This document shows, in pieces, positions 47,108 through 56,413 of a DNA stretch of 64,000 bases. Position 1 is the first letter of the stretch, and each line of letters opens with the position of its first letter. Under the pieces are notes generated by a model. That model was not told where the DNA came from and ran no database searches. It was given only the letters and a program-made list of their open reading frames with translations. This stretch comes from Lentimicrobiaceae bacterium (GTDB lineage: Bacteria; Bacteroidota; Bacteroidia; Bacteroidales; UBA4417). Where the stretch lies: positions 158,563 through 222,562 of the forward strand of contig JAPXLB010000001.1 of the NCBI GenBank assembly GCA_033809755.1, in the 5' to 3' direction. The translations under genes were made by a program, and so were the position numbers.

Positions 47108-49057
47108 TTATTCATTATCGTTTTTTAACATATCCAACTCTTCATGTTTTTCGTTCCACAGCGACCAATTTTCGTCAAGCGAAGATTTTAATTGTTTGTA
47201 CAAGGTGTATTGTTTGGTAATATACTCCTGATTGCCTTGTTTTTGCGGGTCGGCGAGATTGTTTTCGGTTTCGGAAATTTGATTTTCCAAGCTATCGATT
47301 TCTTTTTCAATTTTTAGAATAGCATTTTCTATTTTTCTAACATTTCTTTCAAATTCCTTTCTGTTTTGATAAGCGATTTTCTGCTCACTATCTTCTTTTA
47401 CGGCGCTGCTTACAGCTTTTTTGGTTTGTTTTTCCAACTCTTTCAGAGATTCAATTTTTCGGTATTCCAAGAAATCGAAAATATCGCCTAAGTACGTTTT
47501 AATTTTCTTGTTTTTAAATTCTACGACTTTGTTTGTCAGACCTTGCAAGAAATCTCTGTCGTGCGAAATAATAACAGCGGTTCCGTCGTAGTGCAAAAGA
47601 GCATTTTTCAGAATATCCTTACTTGTCATATCCAAATGGTTTGTAGGCTCATCTAATATGAGAAAATTATAAGGATTGAGTAGCAGTTTTATCAGCGAAA
47701 GTCTTGTTTTTTCGCCACCCGAAAGCACTTTTACTTTTTTCTCGATATCGTCGCTGCCGAAAAGGAAACTGCCAAGCAGCGGTCTAATTTTTTGTCGAAT
47801 TTCGCCAACGGCGACGTTTGAAATAGTGTCGTAAACGGTGAGTTCGGGGTCTAACAACTCATTCTGATTTTGAGCAAAATAACCGATTTGCACGTTGTGT
47901 CCTATAGTTTTTTTGCCGACAAAATCTATTTCACCGGTAATAATTTTCGCCATCGTCGATTTTCCTTCACCGTTTTTGCCGATAAAAGCCACAAAGTCGC
48001 CACGTTCGATGGTCAAGTCGATATTGCTAAGGACTTTATGCTCGCCGTAGCTTTTTGATACGTTTTCCAAATCTAAAACCACTCTACCTGAGCTTGGTGC
48101 CGGCTGAAAAAGAAATCTGATGGAACTCGTGTCAATTTTATCAACTTCAACAATATCCATCTTATTCAGAAGCTTTATTTTCGATTGCACTTGCTTAGCC
48201 TTAGAGCTTTTGTATCTGAAGCGTTCAATAAATCGCTCTATATTTTGAATTTCAGCTTGTTGATTTTCCAAGGTTGCTTTTTGAGTTTCAATTAATTCCA
48301 TACGCTTGACCAAATAATCGGAATAGTTGGTTTTGTAGTCGTATATTTGCTTGTTCATCAGGTCGAGGGTTCGCGTAGTAATTTTGTCTAAAAACGTACG
48401 GTCGTGCGAAACCATCATAACTGCTCCGCTGTAAGTGCTAAGATAATTTTCCAACCACTGTATAGATTCTATATCAAGGTGGTTTGTGGGCTCGTCAAGC
48501 AAAATAAGTTGCGGTTGTTGAAGTAGTATTTTCGCAAGTTCAACGCGCATTTGCCAACCACCGCTAAAAGTGTTCAGTTGTCGGTTGAAATCGTCGGAAA
48601 CAAACCCCAAACCTTTCAATACTTTTTCGCACTCTTGGTTAATGCGGTCGCCTTCAAACAAGATAAACCTTTCGTTGGCATCGTGTAGCTTTTGGGCAAT
48701 ATCGGCGTATTCTTCCGAATGGTAATCGGTGCGAGAAGTTAATTGTTTAGTCAGACTTTCTATCTTTTTTTTGATATTGTTGACGTCAACAAAAGCTTTT
48801 TTGGTTTCTTCAATCACGCTAAGCGTGTTTTTTAGCGTCTTTTCTTGTGGCAGAAAACCAATTACAAAATCGTTGGGTTTTTCAATGCTTCCACTCTCAG
48901 GCGATTCGGTTCCTGCAATTATTCTGAGCAGAGTCGTTTTGCCGGCTCCGTTTTTGCCTGTCAAGCCAATACGGTCTTTGGCTCCGATTAAAAAACTGAC
49001 GTCTTTAAACAGATAATTGCCGCCGTAGTGCATTGATATGTTTTGTACAGAAATCAC
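47108..49057 (-). CDS. ABC-F family ATPase
   Basis: Two NBDs (GKNGAGKT/FSGGW/LDEPTNHLD and GKNGEGKS/LSGGE/LDEPTNHLD), no TM segments, C-terminal coiled coil. Confidence 0.93.
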   Translation of the reverse strand: MISVQNISMHYGGNYLFKDVSFLIGAKDRIGLTGKNGAGKTTLLRIIAGTESPESGSIEKPNDFVIGFLPQEKTLKNTLSVIEETKKAFVDVNNIKKKIESLTKQLTSRTDYHSEEYADIAQKLHDANERFILFEGDRINQECEKVLKGLGFVSDDFNRQLNTFSGGWQMRVELAKILLQQPQLILLDEPTNHLDIESIQWLENYLSTYSGAVMMVSHDRTFLDKITTRTLDLMNKQIYDYKTNYSDYLVKRMELIETQKATLENQQAEIQNIERFIERFRYKSSKAKQVQSKIKLLNKMDIVEVDKIDTSSIRFLFQPAPSSGRVVLDLENVSKSYGEHKVLSNIDLTIERGDFVAFIGKNGEGKSTMAKIITGEIDFVGKKTIGHNVQIGYFAQNQNELLDPELTVYDTISNVAVGEIRQKIRPLLGSFLFGSDDIEKKVKVLSGGEKTRLSLIKLLLNPYNFLILDEPTNHLDMTSKDILKNALLHYDGTAVIISHDRDFLQGLTNKVVEFKNKKIKTYLGDIFDFLEYRKIESLKELEKQTKKAVSSAVKEDSEQKIAYQNRKEFERNVRKIENAILKIEKEIDSLENQISETENNLADPQKQGNQEYITKQYTLYKQLKSSLDENWSLWNEKHEELDMLKNDNE

Positions 49058-49127
49058 GGAGCAAATTTATAATATTTCGGATAAACGCTGAGATTGGAAA
49101 GTGGTATTTTTGTGTACAAAGTGTGTG

Positions 49128-51641
49128 TTACTCATCTTCCCACTCGATTGTGAAAGTTTTTTCTTCGGTGCTTTGAGTTTTATTTACATCTTTTTTTAGG
49201 GTAGTATCGTTTTTAAACCAATTAAATTCACGGTTTAAGGCTTGTTTAAGGTCAATTCTTTGTGTTTCAACATCTTTTTTAAACTTCTCTCTCGATGTTT
49301 TTTTGTCGTATTTTACGCTGATGCCTCTATCATTACCCGAAATAACTATAAACAACTTAGATTTTCCTTTGCCAAATTCCTCTTCACTTTCGCTTTCCAA
49401 GTATTTGTCCGGATTTCTCTTTTTCCATTTCGCCCAAAGAACATCGGAAAGGAGTAGGGTGCAGTGATAGCTAAAATTTTCGTTTGTTATTGAATGATTG
49501 CCCATTAATGAAAAATCGAGAGCGTTGGAGCGTATAAGCATGTGCGGCAAAGATAGTACACCATCTTTAATGCTTATTTCGTTGGTCAGCGATGCAAATT
49601 TCATGTCGTTGAGTTCGTCTATACGAATAAATTTCGACAATCTTTCAGCTAACTCTAATTTAAGAAGTCTGCCGTCGTTGATGGTAAACACGCTATGCAT
49701 CTTAAGTTGCGACAAGTCGATTTTATTGTCTTTGAAAGGCGACAATAGCGTCAGGTTCCCGCTCAATTTTCCGTAAATATTATTTGCTTTAACATCTTCA
49801 AGACCGAAATTATCGGCAGCTATAAAAAGCTCGTGAATATCTATATTGTTGATTATAAATTCGGTATGAACCAATTCGGGCTGACTGTTGTTGAATTTAA
49901 GTTTCAAATTTCCATCAACAGAACCGTTGAGGGTGTTGGCTCTTAGGTTTCTGAACTCGCTGTAATCGCTGTTGTAGATGAATGTTCCGCTAAAATCGCT
50001 TATATTAAATTTGTTGTAAATAAATTTTTTAACTTCTATATCCGAAAATATGTGCGGCAAGGCAAATTTACCGTTTTTGGTGCTGTCCGAAGTCTCAATT
50101 TTAAAATCGGCAGCATCTAATTGGTTTGAAATAATATTGCCTTTCAGCAAAGCAACTTCTTCATCGATAAGGATAGTTTTTACAGCATTTTCAAAAACTC
50201 CGCTAAACGAAACATCCGATTTGCCAACAATAAAATTCAAGTAGTTGCAGTATAAATTGTTATTAACAATTGCAAATTCGCTTACTATGTTTTTAAAGGG
50301 TTTACCCATAACTTTGGGTTTTAATTCCACATCTTGCAGAGAAATTGTACCAGAAAAATGTGTGCTGTCTATGTCAAAGTTGTTGTTAAGAATATCGTTG
50401 AAGTCGCCTTCAATGTGAGCGTTTAGCGAAACCCCACCTTTTATAAAATCTATGTCGTTAAGTTTGGCTATGCTGTTGACCTTATCGGCTGTGAAATTTG
50501 AAATTATATTAGCTCTGTAAACGTCCTGTTCCTCGTTGTTGAGGTTAAAGTCGCCTTCAAAATTAATTTCGTTGTATTTACCTCGCAAATTTTTGACTTC
50601 GATTTTGTTCTTTTCTGCATAGGAATTAATGTATTCTGCATCAAACCATAGTGAGTTTATATTCAAATCGTCGGGCTCCGATTTAGCCGAAATATTATAG
50701 GCTTTCACGTTAATGTAGTTGGAAACGCTATTGCTGGCATATTTTATTTTTCCATCAGACCTTATTTCTCCGCCAAATTTGAAATTGCGTACTTTTTCCA
50801 AATAATTTTCCGGAATTATTTCGACAAGATAAGCTAGGTTAATTTTATCGGTTTTGTAGGTAAGTTCGGCATTTTCGGACCCTTCGTTGTAGCAAAAGGA
50901 GCAGTCGATATTGGCAGAAACCTTATTTATCCTTACGTTGCAATTACTGAGAGCAATTGTTTTGTTGTCCGTGTTTAAATCTACATCCGATTTTAACTTA
51001 ATATTATGACTGCTGAATTTATTAAGCTGATTATTGAAAAATATTTCGGTAGGAGTAATTTCAGTCTTTACTTTATAGCCGTACGTGCCGAGAACTGAAC
51101 TCTTTTGCTGAATTTTAAGCTCGTTGATAAGACAAGCAATTTCAATTTTTTTACCTTTTTTGTAGTACAGCTCTATATTATTTATCCTCAGATTTTTAAT
51201 TGAGGTTTCGCTACTACTGCCCTCGCTCGAACTGCTTTTAACGCTGATATCAAAATTGTTTTCGTTGTTTTCAAATTCAAGAATATTAATTTTTCCGTCG
51301 CTAATGTTTATAGCATCTACTTCTAAGTTTTTCTTTAAAACTTTTATCAAGTTAAATTCAATGTCAATGCTTTTTACGGCTAGTAAATCGGGTTGTGTTT
51401 CCGAAGGATTGCTTCCGCGACAAGAGACATCATTAAACGAAACGCTTAAATTCGGAAAATACTTAAAAAACGAAACACTAATATCGCCAACATGTATAGG
51501 AACCGATATTTGTTCATTTATCATGCTTATTGCCTTATCTTTTATGTTTCGTTTAATACTTGGCAATTTTATGATGAACAAAACAATCGATGCAGCAAGA
51601 AAGACCGCGAGAGTGATTAATATTATCGTTCTTTTTTTCAT
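49128..51641 (-). CDS. AsmA-like protein
   Basis: Single N-terminal TM, FPNLSVSF, long beta-rich body, C-terminal F.SL.N...I.DG...LP.M.I.SNAL; start MKKR at 51641. Confidence 0.75.
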   Translation of the reverse strand: MKKRTIILITLAVFLAASIVLFIIKLPSIKRNIKDKAISMINEQISVPIHVGDISVSFFKYFPNLSVSFNDVSCRGSNPSETQPDLLAVKSIDIEFNLIKVLKKNLEVDAINISDGKINILEFENNENNFDISVKSSSSEGSSSETSIKNLRINNIELYYKKGKKIEIACLINELKIQQKSSVLGTYGYKVKTEITPTEIFFNNQLNKFSSHNIKLKSDVDLNTDNKTIALSNCNVRINKVSANIDCSFCYNEGSENAELTYKTDKINLAYLVEIIPENYLEKVRNFKFGGEIRSDGKIKYASNSVSNYINVKAYNISAKSEPDDLNINSLWFDAEYINSYAEKNKIEVKNLRGKYNEINFEGDFNLNNEEQDVYRANIISNFTADKVNSIAKLNDIDFIKGGVSLNAHIEGDFNDILNNNFDIDSTHFSGTISLQDVELKPKVMGKPFKNIVSEFAIVNNNLYCNYLNFIVGKSDVSFSGVFENAVKTILIDEEVALLKGNIISNQLDAADFKIETSDSTKNGKFALPHIFSDIEVKKFIYNKFNISDFSGTFIYNSDYSEFRNLRANTLNGSVDGNLKLKFNNSQPELVHTEFIINNIDIHELFIAADNFGLEDVKANNIYGKLSGNLTLLSPFKDNKIDLSQLKMHSVFTINDGRLLKLELAERLSKFIRIDELNDMKFASLTNEISIKDGVLSLPHMLIRSNALDFSLMGNHSITNENFSYHCTLLLSDVLWAKWKKRNPDKYLESESEEEFGKGKSKLFIVISGNDRGISVKYDKKTSREKFKKDVETQRIDLKQALNREFNWFKNDTTLKKDVNKTQSTEEKTFTIEWEDE

Positions 51642-51717
51642 AGTTCTGATGTAGCGCAAAAGTAACTATTATAACTCAAAAAGTCGCAATTAATTATTAC
51701 TTTTGAAAAAAATTAAT

Positions 51718-52293
51718 ATGTCCACAAACATGCAAGGTAAAGTTCCTAAAAAGCGAAATTACAATTTAGTTTTACGAAAAACACATTCCTTTCTGACGGT
51801 ATTTCTGTTTATCAACATTTCAATTATTGCGATAACAGGAATTTTATTAGGTTTGAAAAAACAAACCAAAGGAGTTATAATGCCTGTTATTGTCGAAGGA
51901 ACCACTAGCGAACTAAAACAATGGATAAGTATTGACAGCATTTACAATGTTGCAATTAATGAGTTTTTGAAGCATTATCCAGATTGTAAGGATGTAGAAA
52001 TATCGAGAATAGATATAAGGCAAAGCAAAGCGATGGCAAATGCTGTTTTTGATAAGAAGTATTTTTCGGTTCAGGTTGACGGAGCCACAGGTCAGGTGCT
52101 GTACGCAGGCAAGCGTTATTCCGATATGATTGAAAACATACACGACGGCTCAATAGTTGATATTTTGATAGGCTCAAAAACTCAATATTTTAAGATAGCT
52201 TACACTTGCCTGATGGGTTTGTCGTTGTTGCTTTTTAGCATAACAGGCTTTATGATATGGCTGAGCAAAAGGAAAAGAAAAAGGCGGACTTAA
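51718..52293 (+). CDS. PepSY-associated TM helix domain protein
   Basis: LRKTH, ITGILL, VDGATG, IENIHDG and ITGFMIW motifs; TACTTTTG promoter at 51698-51705 favours the start at 51718. Confidence 0.8.
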   Translation: MSTNMQGKVPKKRNYNLVLRKTHSFLTVFLFINISIIAITGILLGLKKQTKGVIMPVIVEGTTSELKQWISIDSIYNVAINEFLKHYPDCKDVEISRIDIRQSKAMANAVFDKKYFSVQVDGATGQVLYAGKRYSDMIENIHDGSIVDILIGSKTQYFKIAYTCLMGLSLLLFSITGFMIWLSKRKRKRRT

Positions 52294-52473
52294 TAAAAGT
52301 TGTTTTATGTAGCATTTTGTAACGTCATAAAACAACAAGCTACGGCAGAAAACACATTTTAAAGCAAATAGTTTTTTAATAATTTTAACAAATTATGCAC
52401 GAAGCTGCAGCAATAATATTTACCTTTGCAAGTAGATAAAAAAGTATAATAATAAATAAAAAATCAAATTTTC

Positions 52474-54636
52474 ATGAAAAAACTATTCTTAATAGGACTA
52501 TTGTCCATGTTAGTAAGCGTAAAGGTAGCAGAAGCAGCTGCACCCGACGAAGGCATGTGGTTGCCGATGTTTGTCGAAAGGCTCAATTACGTTGATATGC
52601 AAAAAATGGGCTTAAAGCTCACAGCCGAAGAGTTGTACAGCATCAACAATTCCAGTATTAAAGATGCTATTGTAAGCTTAGGCGGTTTTTGTACAGCCGA
52701 ATTGGTTTCGCCCGAAGGCTTGCTTTTAACCAATCATCACTGCGGATATTCAGCTATTCAAACTCACAGTAGCGTTGAGCACGACTATTTGACCGACGGT
52801 TTTTGGGCTATGAAAAAATCGGAAGAGCTACCAAACGAAGGACTTACGGTTACGTTTTTGCATCACATGGAAGATATGACTCAAAAAATTCTTAGTGTTG
52901 TAAATGATGATATGACCGAAGACGAGCGCTCCGAAGCAATTAAAAAAGAAATAGATAAGTATACAAAAGAAGCTGAACAAGACGGCAAATACGTTGTTGA
53001 GCTAAAAAGTTTCTTCAACGGAAACGAATATTATATGTTTGTTTACGAAGAATACAAAGACGTTCGTTTGGTTGGAGCACCGCCTTCATCAATCGGTAAA
53101 TTTGGTGGCGATACCGACAACTGGATGTGGCCCCGCCACACCGGCGATTTCGCTATGTTCCGTATTTACACCGCTCCCGATGGCAGTCCTGCCGAATATT
53201 CGGAAGACAATATTCCTTTCAAATCCAAGTACTTTTTACCTATTTCGATAAAAGGTTATAAAGAAAACGATTTTGCAATGATTTGGGGTTTCCCCGGAAC
53301 AACCGACCGCTACAGAACGTCAAGTGCTGTTAGTGCTACACTTAACGAAATAAATCCGGCTATCGTTAAAATGCTTAGAGCCATGTTGGACGTTCAGGAC
53401 GAAGAAATGGCAAAAAGCGATAAAGTAAGAATACAATACGCTAGCAACAACGCTAGTTTGGCTAACTTTTGGAAAAATAAATTAGGCGAAACCCGCGACC
53501 TTAAACGGTTGAACGTTGTTGAGAAAAAACGTCAGTCGGAAAAAGAACTAGAAAAATGGATAAACGCCGACCCCGCAAGAAAAGCAAAATATGGCAACGT
53601 ATTATCCGATTTTAACGAAGTTTACTCAAAATACACCGAGCAAAATATATTTCCGTTGTTGTGGAATACTCAGCTTGTTTTCTTCGGTTCGCAAGCGTTT
53701 ACACTGCCTTCAATGTCGAAAGGCATAGAAACAATTCTAAAAACCGGAGTTAAAGGCGAAGCTCTTCAAAAAGAAATGCAGTCGTACAGAGAAAAAGCTG
53801 AAGCTATTTTTAAAGATTACGACAATACCATTGAGAGAAGAGTATTGGCTACGGCATTAGAAATTTTTAGAGACGAAATTCCGACAAATCAACATCCTGA
53901 CATTTACAAAGTTATAAATTCCAAATTTAAAGGTGATATTGCAAAATTTGTCGATTATATATTCGAAAAATCGCCGTTCTTAACTTACGATAATTTCAAC
54001 AAGTTTTTGGATAAACCTTCAGAAAAAGCTATAAAGAAAGATTTGGCTGTAGAAATGTACAATTCGTTTGTAATGAATTTTATGAGCGTTCAGGGTGGTG
54101 CTAAAGAATTGGCAACAAAAAATAACGCAACCAGACGCTTGTATTTGGCTGCTCTTCGCGAGATGTATCCCGATAAAAGCTTTTATCCCGATGCAAACTC
54201 AACTCTTCGTATGACTTACGGAAAAGTTATAAGCTACTATCCCGCCGATGCTGTACATTACGATTATTACACAACCATTGAAGGTGTTATGGCTAAAGAA
54301 AATCCGTCAGACCCCGATTTTGTTGTACCCGAACGTTTAAAACAACTTTATTACAAAAAAGATTTCGGTCAGTATGCTGAAAACGGAACCTTACCTGTTT
54401 GTTTCTTAACCGATAACGATATTACCGGCGGAAACTCAGGAAGTCCTGTTTTAGATGGAGATGGAAACCTTATCGGTATTGCATTCGACGGCAACTGGGA
54501 AGCAATGAGCGGCAATATTTTGTTTGAACCCGAACTACAACGTACAATCAACGTTGATGCAAGGTACGTTTTATGGGTGATTGACAAATATGCCGGAGCT
54601 AAAAATATAATGGACGAACTTACAATAGTTAAGTAG
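52474..54636 (+). CDS. S46 family dipeptidyl peptidase, DPP7-type
   Basis: DEGMW, TNHHC, DNWMWPRHTGDF and ITGGNSGSP; FDGNWE has Gly at the S1 position as in DPP7, rather than Arg as in DPP11. TACCTTTG promoter at 52421-52428. Confidence 0.92.
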   Translation: MKKLFLIGLLSMLVSVKVAEAAAPDEGMWLPMFVERLNYVDMQKMGLKLTAEELYSINNSSIKDAIVSLGGFCTAELVSPEGLLLTNHHCGYSAIQTHSSVEHDYLTDGFWAMKKSEELPNEGLTVTFLHHMEDMTQKILSVVNDDMTEDERSEAIKKEIDKYTKEAEQDGKYVVELKSFFNGNEYYMFVYEEYKDVRLVGAPPSSIGKFGGDTDNWMWPRHTGDFAMFRIYTAPDGSPAEYSEDNIPFKSKYFLPISIKGYKENDFAMIWGFPGTTDRYRTSSAVSATLNEINPAIVKMLRAMLDVQDEEMAKSDKVRIQYASNNASLANFWKNKLGETRDLKRLNVVEKKRQSEKELEKWINADPARKAKYGNVLSDFNEVYSKYTEQNIFPLLWNTQLVFFGSQAFTLPSMSKGIETILKTGVKGEALQKEMQSYREKAEAIFKDYDNTIERRVLATALEIFRDEIPTNQHPDIYKVINSKFKGDIAKFVDYIFEKSPFLTYDNFNKFLDKPSEKAIKKDLAVEMYNSFVMNFMSVQGGAKELATKNNATRRLYLAALREMYPDKSFYPDANSTLRMTYGKVISYYPADAVHYDYYTTIEGVMAKENPSDPDFVVPERLKQLYYKKDFGQYAENGTLPVCFLTDNDITGGNSGSPVLDGDGNLIGIAFDGNWEAMSGNILFEPELQRTINVDARYVLWVIDKYAGAKNIMDELTIVK

Positions 54637-54666
54637 TCTGTTATTTTTTGTATTTTTTCATAACGT

Positions 54667-54699
54667 AGGGGGAAAGCCGAATGGCTTTCCTCTTTTTTT
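54667..54699 (+). terminator. Intrinsic terminator of the S46 peptidase gene
   Basis: AGGGGGAAAGCC-GAAT-GGCTTTCCTCT followed by a T-run. Confidence 0.85.
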
Positions 54700-54819
54700 G
54701 TCATTAAGTTCGTCCCTTGCTTGCACGTTTTTGCAAAGCGTGTGCAAGAATTAAATGCATTAATATTTTTTAAAATTAATTACTCTATTGAGCAATAAAC
54801 GCTTTGAATAAGCTGTTTT

Positions 54820-55130
54820 GTTTCAATCTTTTTTTATGTTCTTTTGTCTGTGACACAAAAGAACCAAAAAGTCAAGGCTGACATTTCTTTTCTGAATTGC
54901 GTTCTCATAAATCCTAAGTTCGTGCGGGTGATTCCCGAGCAAGCTCGGAACTTCCCGTTCTCACTAAGGATTTATTTCGAACTACATTCAGAAGAAATGT
55001 ATGCCGTCCTTTTTAAAGCTAAATTTTGGGCTATTGTTCTTCCTTGCTATGGCAGATAGCTTGAACGAAAAGAGTGAAGTTTACTTATTACAAAACAGCT
55101 CAACAAATTCGCAGACTTTCGCTCGCTTTA
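54820..55130 (-). mobile_element. ~310-bp fold-back repeat element, copy 2
   Basis: Inverted near-identical copy of 5325-5633; bracketed by palindromes at 54716-54748 and 55120-55146. Confidence 0.7.
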
Positions 55131-55150
55131 CAAAAGCGAACGAGCGGAAG

Positions 55151-55630
55151 TTAATAATTATTTTTAGCTTCGTTTAATATAGTCTCAATATCCTCATCAA
55201 AAAATGTCTTTATCAAGTAATATTCTTTATTATTCACTTTAAATTTCAACATTTCTTTATTTTGTTTTTTAGCCATTCCAAATTCACAAGGCATAAGTCT
55301 GATGTCTTTTATTTTAATACTAGCACTTTTACTTTTTAAATAAAAAAATTTAAATGTATTGAAATATAATATATCTTTTTCTATATGAATGTTTTCTACA
55401 ACTTTATTAATAATTTCTATTTTACTTATTCGAATATGTACACCTAATACAAATAATATAAATAATACGATACACTGAACATAAAATGGAACCTCACTAA
55501 TAACACTATAACTATATAGTAAGTGAGCTGTTAAAAGAACAAATAAAAAAAGAGATATTACAAATATTATCATGTTTGTTAAATGTAATTTGTAAAATTT
55601 GCTAGCATTCAGGTTTGTTTTCAAATTCAT
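55151..55630 (-). CDS. Hypothetical 2-TM membrane protein, paralog A
   Basis: Two TM segments followed by a soluble domain ending KEYYLIKTFFDEDIETIL; very AT-rich. Confidence 0.65.
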   Translation of the reverse strand: MNLKTNLNASKFYKLHLTNMIIFVISLFLFVLLTAHLLYSYSVISEVPFYVQCIVLFILFVLGVHIRISKIEIINKVVENIHIEKDILYFNTFKFFYLKSKSASIKIKDIRLMPCEFGMAKKQNKEMLKFKVNNKEYYLIKTFFDEDIETILNEAKNNY

Positions 55631-55708
55631 AGATTTATAAATTATATTGTTTCAACTTTTAACCAATCACGTTAAATATGATGATTATTATATATAGACA
55701 TAATCATA

Positions 55709-56209
55709 TTAGCTATTATGAATATTGTTAATGTTGTTTAATTTTGTTTTTAATATAGTCTCAATATCTTCATCAAAAAATGCTTTTATCAAGTAATATT
55801 CTTTGCTATTTATTTTAACCCTAAAAGCAGATTCCTGTTTTTTATCAAATGTATCAATATTGTGCGGTATTAGTTTTATGTCCTTTATATCACAACTGTC
55901 TTTTTTACTTTTTTTACATAAAATATTAAATGTTTCTATTTGTACAGAATTTTCTCGCATTTCTATTGAGCTTGTTATTTTATTTACAAATGCTAACATT
56001 CTAATTATTATAAACAAAAATAAAATTATTCCATAGCACAGTGTAAACCATGAAACTATCAACAAGTATATATATGAATCTGCTCCTAAAAACATTAAAA
56101 ATGATAGTCCTCCAACCAAAATAGGGGAGAGACAAATGTGTTGTATAATTCTCTTTCTATATGTTAAGTAATATTTAATACCATTACTATTTGTAGAATA
56201 TTTACTCAT
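55709..56209 (-). CDS. Hypothetical 2-TM membrane protein, paralog B
   Basis: Same layout, ending KEYYLIKAFFDEDIETIL; minus-strand TATCTTTG promoter at 56232-56239. Confidence 0.65.
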   Translation of the reverse strand: MSKYSTNSNGIKYYLTYRKRIIQHICLSPILVGGLSFLMFLGADSYIYLLIVSWFTLCYGIILFLFIIIRMLAFVNKITSSIEMRENSVQIETFNILCKKSKKDSCDIKDIKLIPHNIDTFDKKQESAFRVKINSKEYYLIKAFFDEDIETILKTKLNNINNIHNS

Positions 56210-56277
56210 GGGTGTCTATAATAATTCCCTTCAAAGATAATCTGTTTTTCATAAAACAAATATATTTTGCTAAAACC

Positions 56278-56413
56278 CGCTCGCTTTGCAAAAGCGAGCG
56301 AGCGGAGGTGTGTTAGTTTCGAGTATTGAGTATAGAGTTTCGAGTTCCAAAACTCATAACTCATAACTCATAACTCAAAACTCCCCCGTAACCCGCACCC
56401 CGCAACTCGTAAC
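56278..56413. repeat. CGCTTTGCAAAAGCG palindrome plus heptamer tracts
   Basis: CGCTCGCTTTGCAAAAGCGAGCGAGCG (56278-56304), then GAGT/ACTCATA x3 and CCCGTAA/CCCGCAA tracts. Confidence 0.8.
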
